Source: Halocafeteria seosinensis (lineage: Eukaryota). From it: a stretch of DNA of 37,143 nucleotides. Positions 10,894 through 23,725 of the stretch are shown one piece after another (position 1 is the stretch's first letter; each line of letters opens with the position of its first letter). The notes below the pieces were generated by a model. It saw only the letters and a program-made list of their open reading frames with translations, ran no database searches and had not been told where the DNA came from. The DNA lies in contig LVLI01000349.1 in assembly GCA_001687465.1 (NCBI GenBank), positions 1-37,143 on the forward strand. The letters are read 5' to 3'. Position numbers and translations under genes: made by a program.

Positions 10894-12745
10894 ATGAAGT
10901 TGCCGGCTATTGTAATTGGGTTTTTATTCCTCCTTGGCAGCGTCCATGGAGCCATTGACGTGCTGGATGTCAAGGAGGACACGCGTCCGATCATCCACAT
11001 CTTGGATTTCGGGTTTGACCCTCATGGAAAAGCTAAATTCAACGTCACAAATTTCAAGACGACCACCAAAGAGGGCGCCAAAGCCGGGTTTGCTCTATTG
11101 AATGTAAGGACCTCTCAAATGATCGATTCCTCTCCTTTTTCTGGATAAGGATGCTCGTGGTTCTATGGTGATGATGCTTGCAGACCAAGTCGGAAGTGGG
11201 AGTGGACAAGCTGATTGAGCAATTGAAGGCTGCCAACAAGTGCATATTTGACGTTCAAGTCGATCAAATGTATACAGCAATTATGCAAGGTGGCGAGCAG
11301 AAGAAGCCCCTAACAAAGGTTCAGAAAGACTTTGACGTACGTTGACTTCTTATTCTGTTCTTTGTTCGACCGTATGGATCACGACGTGTGTGTGTGTGTG
11401 TGTGTGTGTGTTTGACCCACAGATCAAGGATGGGGGTTTCTACAGCCTTCTGTACCAAAACTGTGATCAATCCCAGGAATCTCGTCCAAGGACAACATTC
11501 CGGGTAAGTTTATTCGGTAAAACTTAGCGTTTTTGTATTGCAACATTCTTCGTCTTTCTTTGTGGAACGTGCAGCTTCAAACGGAGACGTTCAACGTGAA
11601 CGATGACGGCAGCAAGGACTACCTGCCCGCAGGTCAAAGACCCTTACCCACAATTTTCTTTTTCATGTCTTGTGTGTTTGCTGTTATGTTTGGGGTGTGG
11701 GTAGTCCACTTGCGCCGAAACTCGGAGAAAATCCATAAGATTCACCATTTGATGACTGCCTTGGTGGCTTTCAAATGCTTGACAGTTTTATTTGAAGGCG
11801 TTCGCTATCATTTCATCCGAATACTCGGACATCCTACTGGATGGAGCATCCTTTATTACACATTGAACTTCATTAAGGGCATGCTCTTCTTTACGGTCAT
11901 CTTACTGATTGGCATGGGGTGGAGCATGCTAAAGCCGTTCCTCAATGATAGAGAAAAGAAAATTATGCTTGTTGTGTTACCACTACAAGTCTTATTCAAC
12001 ATTGCGATTATTGTCGTAAGTGGCAATCGTTTCTTTCTAGGGAAAAAATATGGACCGAATGCCTATCTTTATGTTTTTGCAGACCGGAGAAGCTTCCCCT
12101 GGGTCACTCTCTTCCGTCAGGTGGTCCGTGCTCCTGCATCTTGCAGACTTCATTTGCTGCCTGCTCATCATCCTACCGATTATGTGGTCAATAAGGCAAA
12201 TTAGGATAGCGTCCGCAGCAGATGGTAAAGCCCAACAAACATTGGATCGACTAACTCAATTCCAATCCTTCTACCTGTACACCGTCTGCTACCTCTACTT
12301 TACACGGATCATCGTGTATCTGCTGGTAGCGTCGCTTCCGTACAGCAATTATTTCGTTGCGCCATTACTTGCAGAGGTAGCTGCTGTTGCATACTACATT
12401 GGTACTGGTACGTACTTTTAATCAACCTACCTGATGATTTTCTGATCCTGTAACTCTCGGTACTGCAACTGACTTGACGCAGGTTGGAGATTCCGGCCTA
12501 ACAGCGACAACCCTTATGTGAGAGTGCGCTCCGACAGTGAGGACGAAGACGACGAAGAGTTTGGGTTGAACGGTAGGTACCGTGCAGTTTCTACTCGTTC
12601 CGGCAGATCCGCTAACTCGTGAATGCGTGATACAGATGATCCCGACGTGGAAGATGGCCAGACGTTGGAAATGACAGGAAGTGTAAAGCGTACTGGTGGA
12701 CATTCGGAGGATCACGAACTTGGAGTTGATGAACGAAGGGACTAA
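10894..12745 (+). CDS. GPR107/GPR108-like (Lung_7-TM_R, GOST family) seven-transmembrane protein, 7 exons
   Basis: Signal peptide MKLPAIVIGFLFLLGSVHG, FGF, DYLPAGQRPLP, IHKIHHLMTAL, IGMGWSMLKPFLNDREKKI, PIMWSIR, DGKA, YLYFTRIIVYL, GWRFRPNSDNPY. Stop TAA at 12743-12745 after splicing. Confidence 0.93.
11386..11410. repeat. (GT)n microsatellite inside an intron of the GPR107-like gene
   Basis: About 12 GT units, directly visible. Confidence 0.95.
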
Positions 12746-12817
12746 CGCTTTACAACAAACATTCACTGCACACTTATTTTGTACATTCGAGCGTATATGG
12801 TTACCACTCTGATGAAC

Positions 12818-14109
12818 TTATGAAGTGAAATGCACAACTTGTGATAACCTCCAACAACGATCAGATGGGGCAAGTTCTACGTGCTGCGATACTTTCCCAG
12901 GCTCGACACAAACATACTTCTCAAACTCTTCATCACCAAGATCCCCTATGTTTTTCGCCTTCTGTTCTCCGCAGTTCCACACAACTATGTCCGCCGGTTG
13001 TCTATCCATGTTTCCATCTCCCCTTTCCGTTTCCACGTAAGCTCGAATATGAGCAGTATACGTGCCCGAGCTCATTCGAGAATGGCGACCGGGCTTTCCA
13101 ATTCCCGTTACTTTGATCACTCGTTCTTCTGGGACATTTTGGTAGATCCTATCCATTTCTCCCTGAATAACATTAACTTCGTAAGTCTCCTCAAATTCCT
13201 TAAAACCTTGGGTTTTATCCTTAAAATGCACTCCATACAAACCTGCGTAACCACTCGCAAGAGTGAGCATGAGTTCAATTGAATTTTACGGACGGTTTCC
13301 TATCTTACCGGAAAATGTGGTCGATCGAACATCATACAATTGGTAGTACGTATGTTGTAAGGCATCGAAGTAAATCGCTTCAGCTCCTTCGTTGAACACT
13401 CTGCATGTACGAAAACGATCAAATTGTTTCCGGAACTAATCGGCACTCAGCCATGGTCACCATCGTACTCTAAATTTGTAACGAGGCTCTCATCTTCAAT
13501 TTTGACCGTATACTCTAAGCGGACATTGTGCTTCCATTCAGGATGGAAGTCTCCATCCGGTTTGAACTCAAACTTTCCCACTCCATTCAGTTGGCTGAGT
13601 TCAATGCACCTCCACGGCGCATCTCGGACAACACCGTGTTTGGGCAATGGTCCCTGTGTCGGGAAACGAAGGCATGGTTCAACACACTGTTAATCATGAG
13701 CTTCTTGCATGGGGCAGTCACTGACTTGATCGGCGAATTGGGGGAAAACGAGAGGAATTCCCCCACGAATAACGGAGTTTCCATCGAACTTTGCTTCCTT
13801 TGAGACAAAGAGCATTTCGACGCCTGTACGACAACGGGTGACCAGGTAAATTTTCGGCTGCGCGGTACCATCAGCTTGCACCTACCTCTAAAGTTCTTGT
13901 AGGAAGTGACCGTCGCTCCATGGAGATATACCTGCAGGAAAACAGGCACAGCAAGCGCTCAGATCATGCTCTTGAAACATATACCCGAAAAGACACTTCC
14001 ATACCTCAGCGGACGCCCCACTTGAATGGGTAATGACCACTTTCGGTTGGCCATTGACCCCTTTCTCGGGTTCAATTGGTTCTTGAGGCGATTTTTGCGG
14101 GGAGGCCAT
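12818..14109 (-). CDS. Glucose-6-phosphate 1-epimerase (aldose 1-epimerase / mutarotase family), about 6 exons
   Basis: Spliced motifs SGASAE-VYLHGATVTSY, LFVSKEAKFDG, IRGGIPLVFPQF, LPKHGVVRDAPW, ALQHTYY, EMDRIY, DIVVWN, YVCVEPG. Confidence 0.93.
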
Positions 14110-14268
14110 TTCTCTTGAATCCTCAAGTAAAGTCTAAAACAGAGAAATCAACAGGTATAGATAGCTGTATAATGTAAAGTATCCAGCTATATCTTCACGC
14201 GCGGAGGCTTCTACAAGGTCAATAGCACGCAGTATGCACCTCCCACTCTACAATCTTCAGACTACTTC

Positions 14269-14297
14269 CTCTCTCTCTCTCTCTCTCGTTCTCTCTT
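14269..14297. repeat. (CT)n microsatellite in the divergent intergenic region
   Basis: CTCTCT run with one interruption, directly visible. Confidence 0.9.
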
Positions 14298-14591
14298 AAC
14301 GCTACGAAGAGGACAACCTTCTAAGGGGAAATGTCGTCTAATACGCCCTGTGTGAGAATGAATCGAAATGTTCTTCGATATCCAACGCAAGTTGAAGTTC
14401 AACTTCACAAATACCCATTTTCACATGATATGAACCATTTGTATCAAGGGAGTTCCAGTTAGTGGCATTGTAATGAATTTGCTTGGTCAGTGACGTATTA
14501 GAACGTGTGAATTTCCCCTTGTGGTAGGGTTGGTGAAATTCATTCAGATTTGGAAATAAACGGGTTACAATTGCTTCTGGAACCTGAAATT

Positions 14592-15592
14592 ATGACGAGT
14601 ACGAAATTATCTCGAGCTCAGGGATGTATGTTAGGGAGTGCCATCGGCGATGCCTTGGGAACCACCGTCGAGTTTTATCCCGCAATGGATCCATACAACC
14701 CTGAGGTGACGGATATAGTGGGAGGTGGAATATTCAACCTGAACCCCGGAGAGTGGACAGATGATACATCACTGGCGCTGTGCCTCGCGGATAGTCTCCT
14801 CAGCAAGAAACGGTTGGACCTGTCAGATCAGCTACAGCGATATGTAAGATGGATGAGGGAAGGAGAAAATTCTAGCAATGGTGTCTGTTTTGACATTGGG
14901 AACACTACTCGAAATGCCCTCGAGCGGTTTGAAAGAAACGGGGAGCCATACGCTGGAGGGACAATGACTTACAGTTCAGGTAAGACTAGAAACTGTTGGA
15001 CTAATGAGGTGTCGATCCTAGTGACTGAGTAAGCTATTTCGGAATCACAGGTAACGGGTCGTTGATGAGGCTTGCACCCATACCAGTAGCGGCGCCTTCG
15101 TTGGACACAGCTATACAGTGGGCTGGAGAGCAATCCAAAACCACACATAACACGGAAGAGGCCATTCATTCCTGCCAAGTATTCGCTGCAATGATGTACA
15201 TGGCTATAGAAGGTTGTTCTAAAGAGGAGATTTTAAACTGTCGTTCCATTACGACAAAGTCTTGGACGGAAAAAGTCGATGCCATTGTGAATGGTTCGTT
15301 CAAGGCGAAGGAACCACCAGAGATCAACGGTTCTGGGTACGTTATCAATACTCTCGAAGCAGTACTTTGGGCCTTCAACAAGTCGTCCAACTTTAAAGAT
15401 GGGGCGATCTTAGTAGTGAACTTGGGAAAGGATGCCGACACGACAGGGGCAATATACGGAGCTCTGGCTGGAGCCTACTATGGTATCACCGGAATCCCAG
15501 AGAAGTGGCGTACAACCGTCGCTTGGTCGGACCATATCAAGAACCTTGCCACCCAGTTGTTTCAGTCTCGTGGAGAAATGGACATTGCTTAG
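14592..15592 (+). CDS. ADP-ribosylglycohydrolase (DraG/ARH family), 2 exons
   Basis: Exons 14592-14979 and 15051-15592. Motifs GSAIGDALG, GEWTDDTS, FDIGNTT, GNGSLMRLAP (across the intron), SKTTH, VNLGKDADTTGAIYGALAGAYYG...IPEKW. Confidence 0.95.
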
Positions 15593-16063
15593 CTTACCTT
15601 CGCTACAGGCACTTCTGTAGCGTACACAAATGGCTGACACGGCCACGACGGGAACTGTAAAGGTGGTTGTACCTACGTTGGCATGCAAACAACCATGCTC
15701 AATGTGCCGGTGATCAATATACTGCAAGCCGAAATTCCTAGTCTCTGTAAGTATCCCGACTATTTAGCGTCCCATTTCGCGCCAAAGTTTTCGGCGGGTT
15801 GGTGACCTGAAAACTACATATAACCGGCGAAATCCGCTGACGCAGTGCTGAGTCACGCTACGTTCCAAACTTCAACTTCAACTAGCAGGGTGGTTCTCTG
15901 AGAACACAGGTGTGTGTACGTAGTCTTACGCGAGTGCAATGGAAGGATTTAGTGCCTTAATGTTTGTGGAAGCTTGCCGTAAGGTGGTGCGCCGCATGGG
16001 TGTCCCAATGGCTCCGTATACGTGAACAGAGAGCGGTGGCTTGGTGGTGCGATTCCAAACAAC

Positions 16064-17924
16064 ATGGACGGCCAGAATCACCAAGACCGCGATTCTTCGG
16101 AGAAAACCCGATTCGACCTGCGCGATCCCCTTTTCAAAGAGTACACAAATTTACAGGAGGAGGAACGAGCCATGCGTTCATCGTTGAATGGGTCAAGACA
16201 AGTGGGGGAGGACGACCTGAACCGAAACTCCCCGGACGCTGCTGGAGTTGGGTTCGGAAATGGTGATGACCAGGACGGTACCATTCAAGACAGTTCATAC
16301 GCTACCTTAGACGCATGGATTGAGGGTGACGAAAGCTTTGGCAAATTCCAAGGATTTATCGTCGCACAAGCGGCGCTTGCGTGGTTCGCCGTTAGCTTCC
16401 TGTGGCTCTCGTTAACCTTTACCGCTCCCCTCATTCAAGATGATTTGAACATCAACAAGGCCCAAAGTGGGCTGGCAGGTAGTGCTCTGTTTGGTGGTGC
16501 AGCCGGTGGGACGTATTTGATTAGCTCGTTTGCAGACTATGTGGGACGGAAACGAGCTATACTGTGGTCGACATGGATGGCCGCGGCAAGTGGGGTGGGC
16601 ACTGCATTTGTGCGGAACTATGCTGAACTAGTTGTCGTAAGGCTGCTCAACGGCTTTCTGAGTGCTGGAATGTGCACGATTGGCTACTGCCTTGTCGTCG
16701 AGTACACGCCTCTTAAATGGCGAGCTCGCGCCGGAATTTCGTTGAATGTAGCGTGGAGCATTGCAGCTGCGGTGGTAAGTTGAACACTTCGGTAAAGCCG
16801 CATTTTCGGGTAGAGCGCTTGTATCATTCTACTTGGCATTTGCAGCTCGCTGGAGTAGCGTATGCTTCACGGGAAATGTCTTGGAGATACTACCAAGTCT
16901 GGATGTCTGTCCCGACGATTGTAGCCTCGATCGCACTGGTTTGGATGCCCGAATCCGCTCGGTGGTTGTACCTGAAGAAGCGTTATGTTGATGCAGAGAA
17001 ATGCCTCCATAAAATGTCAAGATGGAATGGAATTCGATTAGAAGAAGGCACCGTACTTGTAAGGGAAAACAGCAAGAAGGAGGATTCTTACGATGAGGGC
17101 GAAGTTGGCGATAACCAAAGTTCGACTATGTCACGCCATTGTGAGTCGGCTCGAACCCTTGACAACCCAAGCGACGCCGTAAGCTCTGAGCACGAGGATG
17201 AGAATGACTTTGAAGAGCTCCTTGGTCGTAATCAAGGAACCAGAAGCACAAAGAAAGCGCAGCATCCCATGTATATACTCTGTTGCGAGAATAAGACTGT
17301 CGCTGTGTATACTGTGATTTTGTGCTATTCTTGGTTTGTTAATAGCCTTCTTTACTACGGGCTAAGCTTAAACGCTTCTAACCTAAGGTACGTGGTTTGT
17401 GCACTGGTTCACAGGGACAACAATGTGGAACGGCGCAATTTTTGATACGATGCAGTGGTTCCTCGTACACGAATGCTACGTTGGCCGGCGCTTTGGAGCT
17501 ACCTGCCCTTTTCTGTGCCGCCTACCTCGTTGATGCCATTGGGAGGAGATTTTCAGTTTGTGGCTTTGTGGGATTAGCTGGAATTGCGCTCATTGCATCG
17601 ATACTCGTTCCTAGTTCCAGAGCTGCCACAGGGCTCGCTTTAGTCGGTAAATTTGGGATAACGGGTAGTTTTATACTACTCTATGTATTTACAACCGAGG
17701 TTGTTCCTACCCAGACGCGAGCCACAGCGTTGGGACTTTGTAGTTTAAGTTCTCGTGTGGCAAGTATTGCTTCTCCTCTATTGGTGGATTTGTTTCCCGG
17801 CAGCAGAGTTGTCTTGGCTATTATGGGAGTTTTGGCATTGGTCGCTTCGGGGATGGTTTTACTGATTAAGGAAACTAGGTCTCAGACACTGGGTCAGGCT
17901 CCTGTAGCAAAGGAATCAAGATAG
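16064..17924 (+). CDS. MFS transporter, SLC22/organic cation (SVOP-like) type, 3 exons
   Basis: Motifs ADYVGRKR, VVEYTPLKWRA, MPESARWL, LYYGLSLN, ELPA, DAIGRR, EVVPTQTRATALG, KETR. Introns at about 16776-16845 and 17388-17455. Confidence 0.92.
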
Positions 17925-20900
17925 TGTGGTATGCTTCTTGTAGGGTCCCGAGCCTGTGCGGGAGGTGGGACGTTGTCGTTTCGATCGTGCAGTGTTTCCT
18001 CGCGAATCGAACGGATTAGGAACTGTAATTCGGTCTGGTGGACGAGCGATGGCATCAAATCCACCCTCGTAGCCAGTTGCTTGTTCTCTTTCTGCTTGCT
18101 GTGATTCGATTTTATTCATTAGAGTTTGAAGCTCCGAATCAAGGGCTGTGTCAGCCTGTGGTATGTAGCTGTCCTTCAGTTTTCTCTTAGATTTCTGGGA
18201 AGTGGACTTTGTTCTCCCCGCAGATTTGTAATTCCTTGACAACGAACTAGCAGACAATATATAATTCACCATTTTTTGGTTGTTCCACTGAGGTGGAAAC
18301 TGGACAATGTTATTTCTTCCTTGGACCAGCTGTAACAGTGAGCTCAAGAGAGGACTGGTAGAGAGGGTTGTAAGCGAACCTAGCAAAAATAGCTTTGTTT
18401 TCGCCCTTGTCAGAGCGACGTTAATTCGCCGTAAATCATTCAGCAGTCTACCGACCTCCTGAGGCTCATTTGATCGTACAAATGACATGATTATGACAGA
18501 CTTATCCCTTCCCTGGAAGCGATCGATAGTAGAGATTTCGATATCTTCCCAACGGGTCCCTTTTAAATCATACTTGTTGCTTAGACCCTGAAACATCTGA
18601 TGCAACAGCCGCAGCTGTGCCCTATAGGGTGATGCCACTCCCACGTCAGAAAGATCTCCTCCGGCCAATGCAATTCCGGCTAGTATAGTTAAGATAGTCT
18701 CAGCTTCTAAAACATTAGTGATCCCACCGCTGGTGGCTTTTGAGTTGACAACTGTCTTATCATCGTGAGCGAGGCGTCTCTCTTGCCTTTGAGACTTATC
18801 CGGAAAACTGTCAGTATCAAGGAATATAACCGAGCTTTCTGGGCCTAACCATTTACCAAGTGCTCTAACGCATGACCCAAAACTCATGTCTTGCAGATTG
18901 GCGGCAGAAAGACTCGACAATTTTGGTAAACGGTAGCAACCATCCTTTACAGTCGAATTTGCGCACTTGAGTTTACCCTCATAAACTAGAGAATTAGCTA
19001 AAGTCTGGATGTCCTCGTTCATGCGATACTGGTATCGCAAAAATACCAAAGAGAAAGGATACTTAGAGGTCAGACGTTGGAACAAAGAAACATCCAGACC
19101 GGCTTTTCGTGACGCTGGGGAGGACACCAACGGAGGCAATTGTTTTGCATCGCCTACGAGGACGAATCGCCGGGCTGCCAGTAATGGTCCGAGACATATT
19201 GGCTCTAAAATCTGCGATGCTTCATCCACAATGCAGAAGTCAAATGACCGCTTACGCAGCAACTGATGATTCATGCCCATAGCTGTAGTGGCAACTACCT
19301 GTGTCTTTTCCACCAGTTCTCTGATAGCTCCTACGGTGTTTGCTTCCCGACTCTTGGCCTTGTTATCGAAACACGAACTTCTGACATCGGGGTGTACAGC
19401 CGCTTCACGGCCTAATCGCAGCACATCTACTCCAGAAGACAGCAACTTCAAAACTACATTATCGACTGCAGAGTGGGTAAATGCAGATACCAAGACAGAA
19501 AATCCGAAACTAGTGAGGGCCCTCACGATGAATGCGATGGTCATCGTTTTCCCAGTACCAGGCATGCCTTGCAAACACAGAAAGCCTTCTTGGCAGGAAA
19601 ACACAGATGACACTGCCTTCTTTTGGTCGGAATTGAGGGTGTCTTTGAACTCGGTTTCCAGTCGCTGCAGAGTAGAAGAATTGGATAAAAACGTTTGTAA
19701 AGAAGGAAGTTCCAACATGTTCGAGTGGTCTCCGCTATGCCGATTGTGTAGCAGTTGTTCCGCATGATCAATTGCGTTTCTCTTGGAAAGGTCTACGTAC
19801 TGAGCCTCCTTCAGAAGCTTCACGGCGTCACGTGCAGACATACGCAGCATTTCCCACGGAAGGCAGCCGATCATACGCGGAATGCTATCATTGTTCAGGC
19901 CGTCTCCCGTTAAGAGTCTTCTCAAGAAGGTATGTCCGGTGCCAAAGTCGAGGTGCTGCTTCAATCCTTGGGGTACTAGTTCCCGTTCTCCTTCATATAG
20001 CTCCGGAAACGCTCCCACGAACAGGCGCAACATATTCGTCTTGGCGATTCTACCAAGGTTTGAAATTTCGTCCCGGTCTATTCTCCAACCAAAATTAGAA
20101 TTAATCGACTCAATAAGCGTTCGATACTGTGAGAAAGTGTCCGTCTTACCGATGGCTCTTTCTTCAGATACCATCCTGAAAAAGCTGGCAAGGTTGTGAG
20201 AAAACTGCACTCTGCAAGAATTCCTTCGTACACTAGTTACGTTGCCAACACTGATACCCAGTTGAAGTTTCGGAATTGACAAGGTGACCCGATCACCCAC
20301 ATTGATGTCGTATTCCTCTAAGGCAAACTCAGAATCAGTAGGGCGTCTAAAGCCAACATCTAGAGACGAAAACAAGTCATCACAATCCACTTCCTCCATT
20401 CCCACTATATGTAATGGCCAGACAGAGCTGTTATTTCCCTGGTCTACTGGAGCGAGCCAATGACCTCCACGTGAAGCAACGAGGTTCTCGTATCCTTTCT
20501 TGACAGTGTTTGAATCCTCGCCGAGAAAGTTTACGCCTACACCGGAAGTTCTTAGCTTCAAGGATGAGTAATTCTCTTCTTCTGTCATTAGCGACCACCA
20601 CTTACGCAAATACTGAAAATCACTGACACCGAGACGCGAACGAATCCAAGAAACCGAAGTACGGAGAGTCTGGGAGAACAAATTCTCCAAACTCAACGGC
20701 GACGCACTTCCCAACAAGGTGCAATATGGCAACACACTGCAGTAATCACATTGCGAAGCGTTGTCTACCATTGGTGGAAGAGACGGTAGTCTGTAAGCTC
20801 CATCCTCAATATCCGATGCTCCACTCTTGAGGGGATTGTGCCTGATCTTGGACAGCATTTTGGCTACGCGATTCCTCTGGATGAGCAGACATGCAACTTC

Positions 20901-23438
20901 TTTCCATACAAAGGGAACTTTGAAACTACGAAATCGGTCCGTCGATGTACCACTTTCTCCCTTTCCTTCTTGCCCCAGGTAGAGGAGAATTCCGCTCTTT
21001 GGCGAAGACGCTGCACTAGTGATACTCCCATTACTATTTGCTTGCAAAATGCCAGAAGAGTCACAATGTTGTTGATCAGAAAACATGCATTCATAGAGAG
21101 CCACCTGTGCCCTGTGATTAACATGCATTGTTTCCCCAAGTTTCCCGGTCTTTAATTCGAGCAGAGTAGTTTGTGGAGACTCCCTCATGACAGCATCAAT
21201 CACACCTTTCATTCCCCATTTCGACCCGGAAAGCTCATACTCTGTTGCTACTGTAAACTTCTTCTGTTTATCTTCCCTCTGAGATTTTGACTCAAAGAAA
21301 GAATGGCACCATTGAGAGATAGGGGTAAATGCTTTGCTAATTTCGTCCAGAGCCTCCCGCCCTGACATACCTGCGCAATACAGATCTGACAAAATCCCCG
21401 GACGCTTAAGTAGAGTTCTGCTAAAGTCTTCCAAAGCGCTTTTCTCCCATCTCTCTGCGGAGATAGCATATTCAAACAGCATATGTTTTAATTCTCCGAT
21501 TATCGCAGGTTTCGAGGCGCTGCCGCTAATGGCGATTTCATTCAAGACAGTACGCCGCTCACAATCGAAACTCGACGCAATCTTTGACGGCGAGAGCATT
21601 TGATCGGGAAGCACTATTAATGCATTTTCCTGGTCCGTTACGCAGATTTCGTTGATATCCTTGGCTTCAACTTTTTCGGTCACAATGATGTTGACAACAT
21701 CACCTACATGGACTTCCGTTTCAGCCCAAATCCCATTGAGAACAGTCTTCATTGACGGTTTCTGGAGTCCAACGGACACATGAAGGACCATGGAGCGCTT
21801 CAGTTTTGCAATGTGAGTCACAACACCACGGATCATATTAGACGCTGAATTTCGTGGCTCATAGCTCGCGGAGGGCTCTTCCTTTGTTAACCAGTCAATG
21901 AGTTCCTCTTCGACCGCTTCGAAACCATTCCATTCGCGGTGTTGGGAAGCGTTTTCCAATGCTTGAAGCATTATTTGGTCTTCGCTTAAGGAGTCTAAAC
22001 TGTTAGTAGTAGCATTCGCTTCTGTTTGATTCCCATTTGTGGTCGATAGACTCGCCTCAAGTTCATCCATAAATTGCCAAACTAAGGCGTCGAAATTTTC
22101 CGCATCCCCACTGTGCTCCTCTTCCATTTGTTGGAGTCTTCCTAACCATTTTGACGGGCTTGTCCGGACGCAATAATCACATTTTTCCTGCTGATCCACT
22201 TTCGATGATTCTTTGTTTGTGAATTGCAACTGTCGCTGAGTATTTTCCAGGGGTGAATTTTCATCGTTCGTTTCGTCAACTGCAGGAGACGGGCTCTTCA
22301 TCGAGATCTTACTGCATGTCCTCCCTGTAGACCTAGCTTTACGGTTGCTACTCTGCGGGCTGTACCGCTTGAAAACCCCTTTTTCGACGGTCGCTAGGAC
22401 TACCAGCATTCGCCGTTGATGAGGGGTTAAATCACTCCTACTACATGATTTTAATGGTGTTTCCGTCGGCACTCGGCTACATGAGTGAGAATCTGATGGA
22501 TTTCCCCCTTGGGAGTGGCTTTCACTCCCTTTCTTTCCTTTACCAGAATCGCCTCCATTTTCCGGTCCGGCCTTCGGATTGGGCGTGTTATATCGCCCCG
22601 TAGGGTTGCGCTCATGCTCTCGAGGAAGAATTAAATCAGTGTCATCTGCCAGAAGATTATTCTTGGACAAAAACTCCATTTCCATCTGAGATTGCAATAC
22701 ACACATACTAAGCTCTGTTAAACGATTTGAATGCGTTCATCGTCTACATACCGATCGAAGAAGTTTCAATACAGCATCGCCATTGTCATCGGCAGAGCTC
22801 TCCCTCTTAGTCGAACACGTCTTGCACGAAGATTCAATGTGCTGGTAGCGCTGCTCTTCGGGGCTTCCTGTGCGATTTGTCTCACCAGCTGGGTTCTCAT
22901 TTGTATGATCCACCATAACATGCGATGATCCGGAGCTTGAGACACGCAAGTTGTGATGATTAGCCTCGTTTAATGGCCTGGATCATAACATACGTGGCGT
23001 ACAGTGCGAACAGTATCATAAGTACCAAGCCCGTACATACTTTGGTCTCTGAGATTCTGCCCTCTCCTCGCGTTCACGTTGTCCTTGCATTGAAGCCAAT
23101 ATGGGTGCCTCCTCTTGTGAGCAGGGTTGTTGGGTGAAGGCGTGCCACTCAATCTTGCCACTGGGGGAATCAAATTCTGATTGAGTCTTTTCAGATTCCG
23201 CAATCTCGTCGAAGCAGGATATCAAGGATCTCGCCATGTTCTCCCCCTCCCCGTCCTCCATCCTCGTAGTAGAGTACTCCGCTGAGCTTTGTATGTGGGA
23301 TGCCGGAGCAGTTGTGGTGTCATCGTGACTGACTGCCTGAATATCGCCTCCTTGATCATCTTCATCGCTGTCAACGAGGTCAATGACAGCCGAAGACGAG
23401 GATGATGTCACTTTCTGTCGTTTAAGATAACTATCCAT
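17916..23438 (-). CDS. DNA2: DNA replication ATP-dependent helicase/nuclease DNA2, probably 3 exons
   Basis: Cas4-like nuclease with LSPSKIASSFDCERR, GELKH, MKGVIDAV, ELKTGK, HRAQVALY and Fe-S cysteines QCDYCSVLPYC. SF1 helicase with GMPGTGKT, DEASQ, VGDAKQLPP, QYRMNE, TIDRFQGRDK, RRINVALTRAK. The 5' exons (23438-~23040 and ~22965-22755) are inferred from splice signals. Confidence 0.93.
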
Positions 23439-23725
23439 TCTAACAAACTATCACTAAAAACCTCCCCACGACTGAAAAAAAAGTGGGATTAGAGGCGCAC
23501 AATACCATTAAATACACTACTTCTTGTCCTGGTTGACCGGGGACTCATTTTTGAATTCCAAAGATCTAAACGGTCGTTCAATCTTTTCGTTCACTTTGGT
23601 GGAAGTCGCTTGCGAAGTGACTCTCACGAGGTTTACGGGAGCATTTCGAAGTGAATTGAGTGTAATTTTGGTGGAATTTGATACAAGGTGACTATACCGT
23701 GCCGGGACAGTGAACGACGTGGACA

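Noticed and set aside
10894..12745. GPR107-like gene as part of the GPCR array
   Set aside because: It belongs to the unrelated GOST trafficking family and shares no motifs or intron positions with the four receptors.
20700..21620. Cas4-like nuclease motifs as a CRISPR or casposon component
   Set aside because: They are the normal Fe-S nuclease domain of DNA2, fused to its SF1 helicase.
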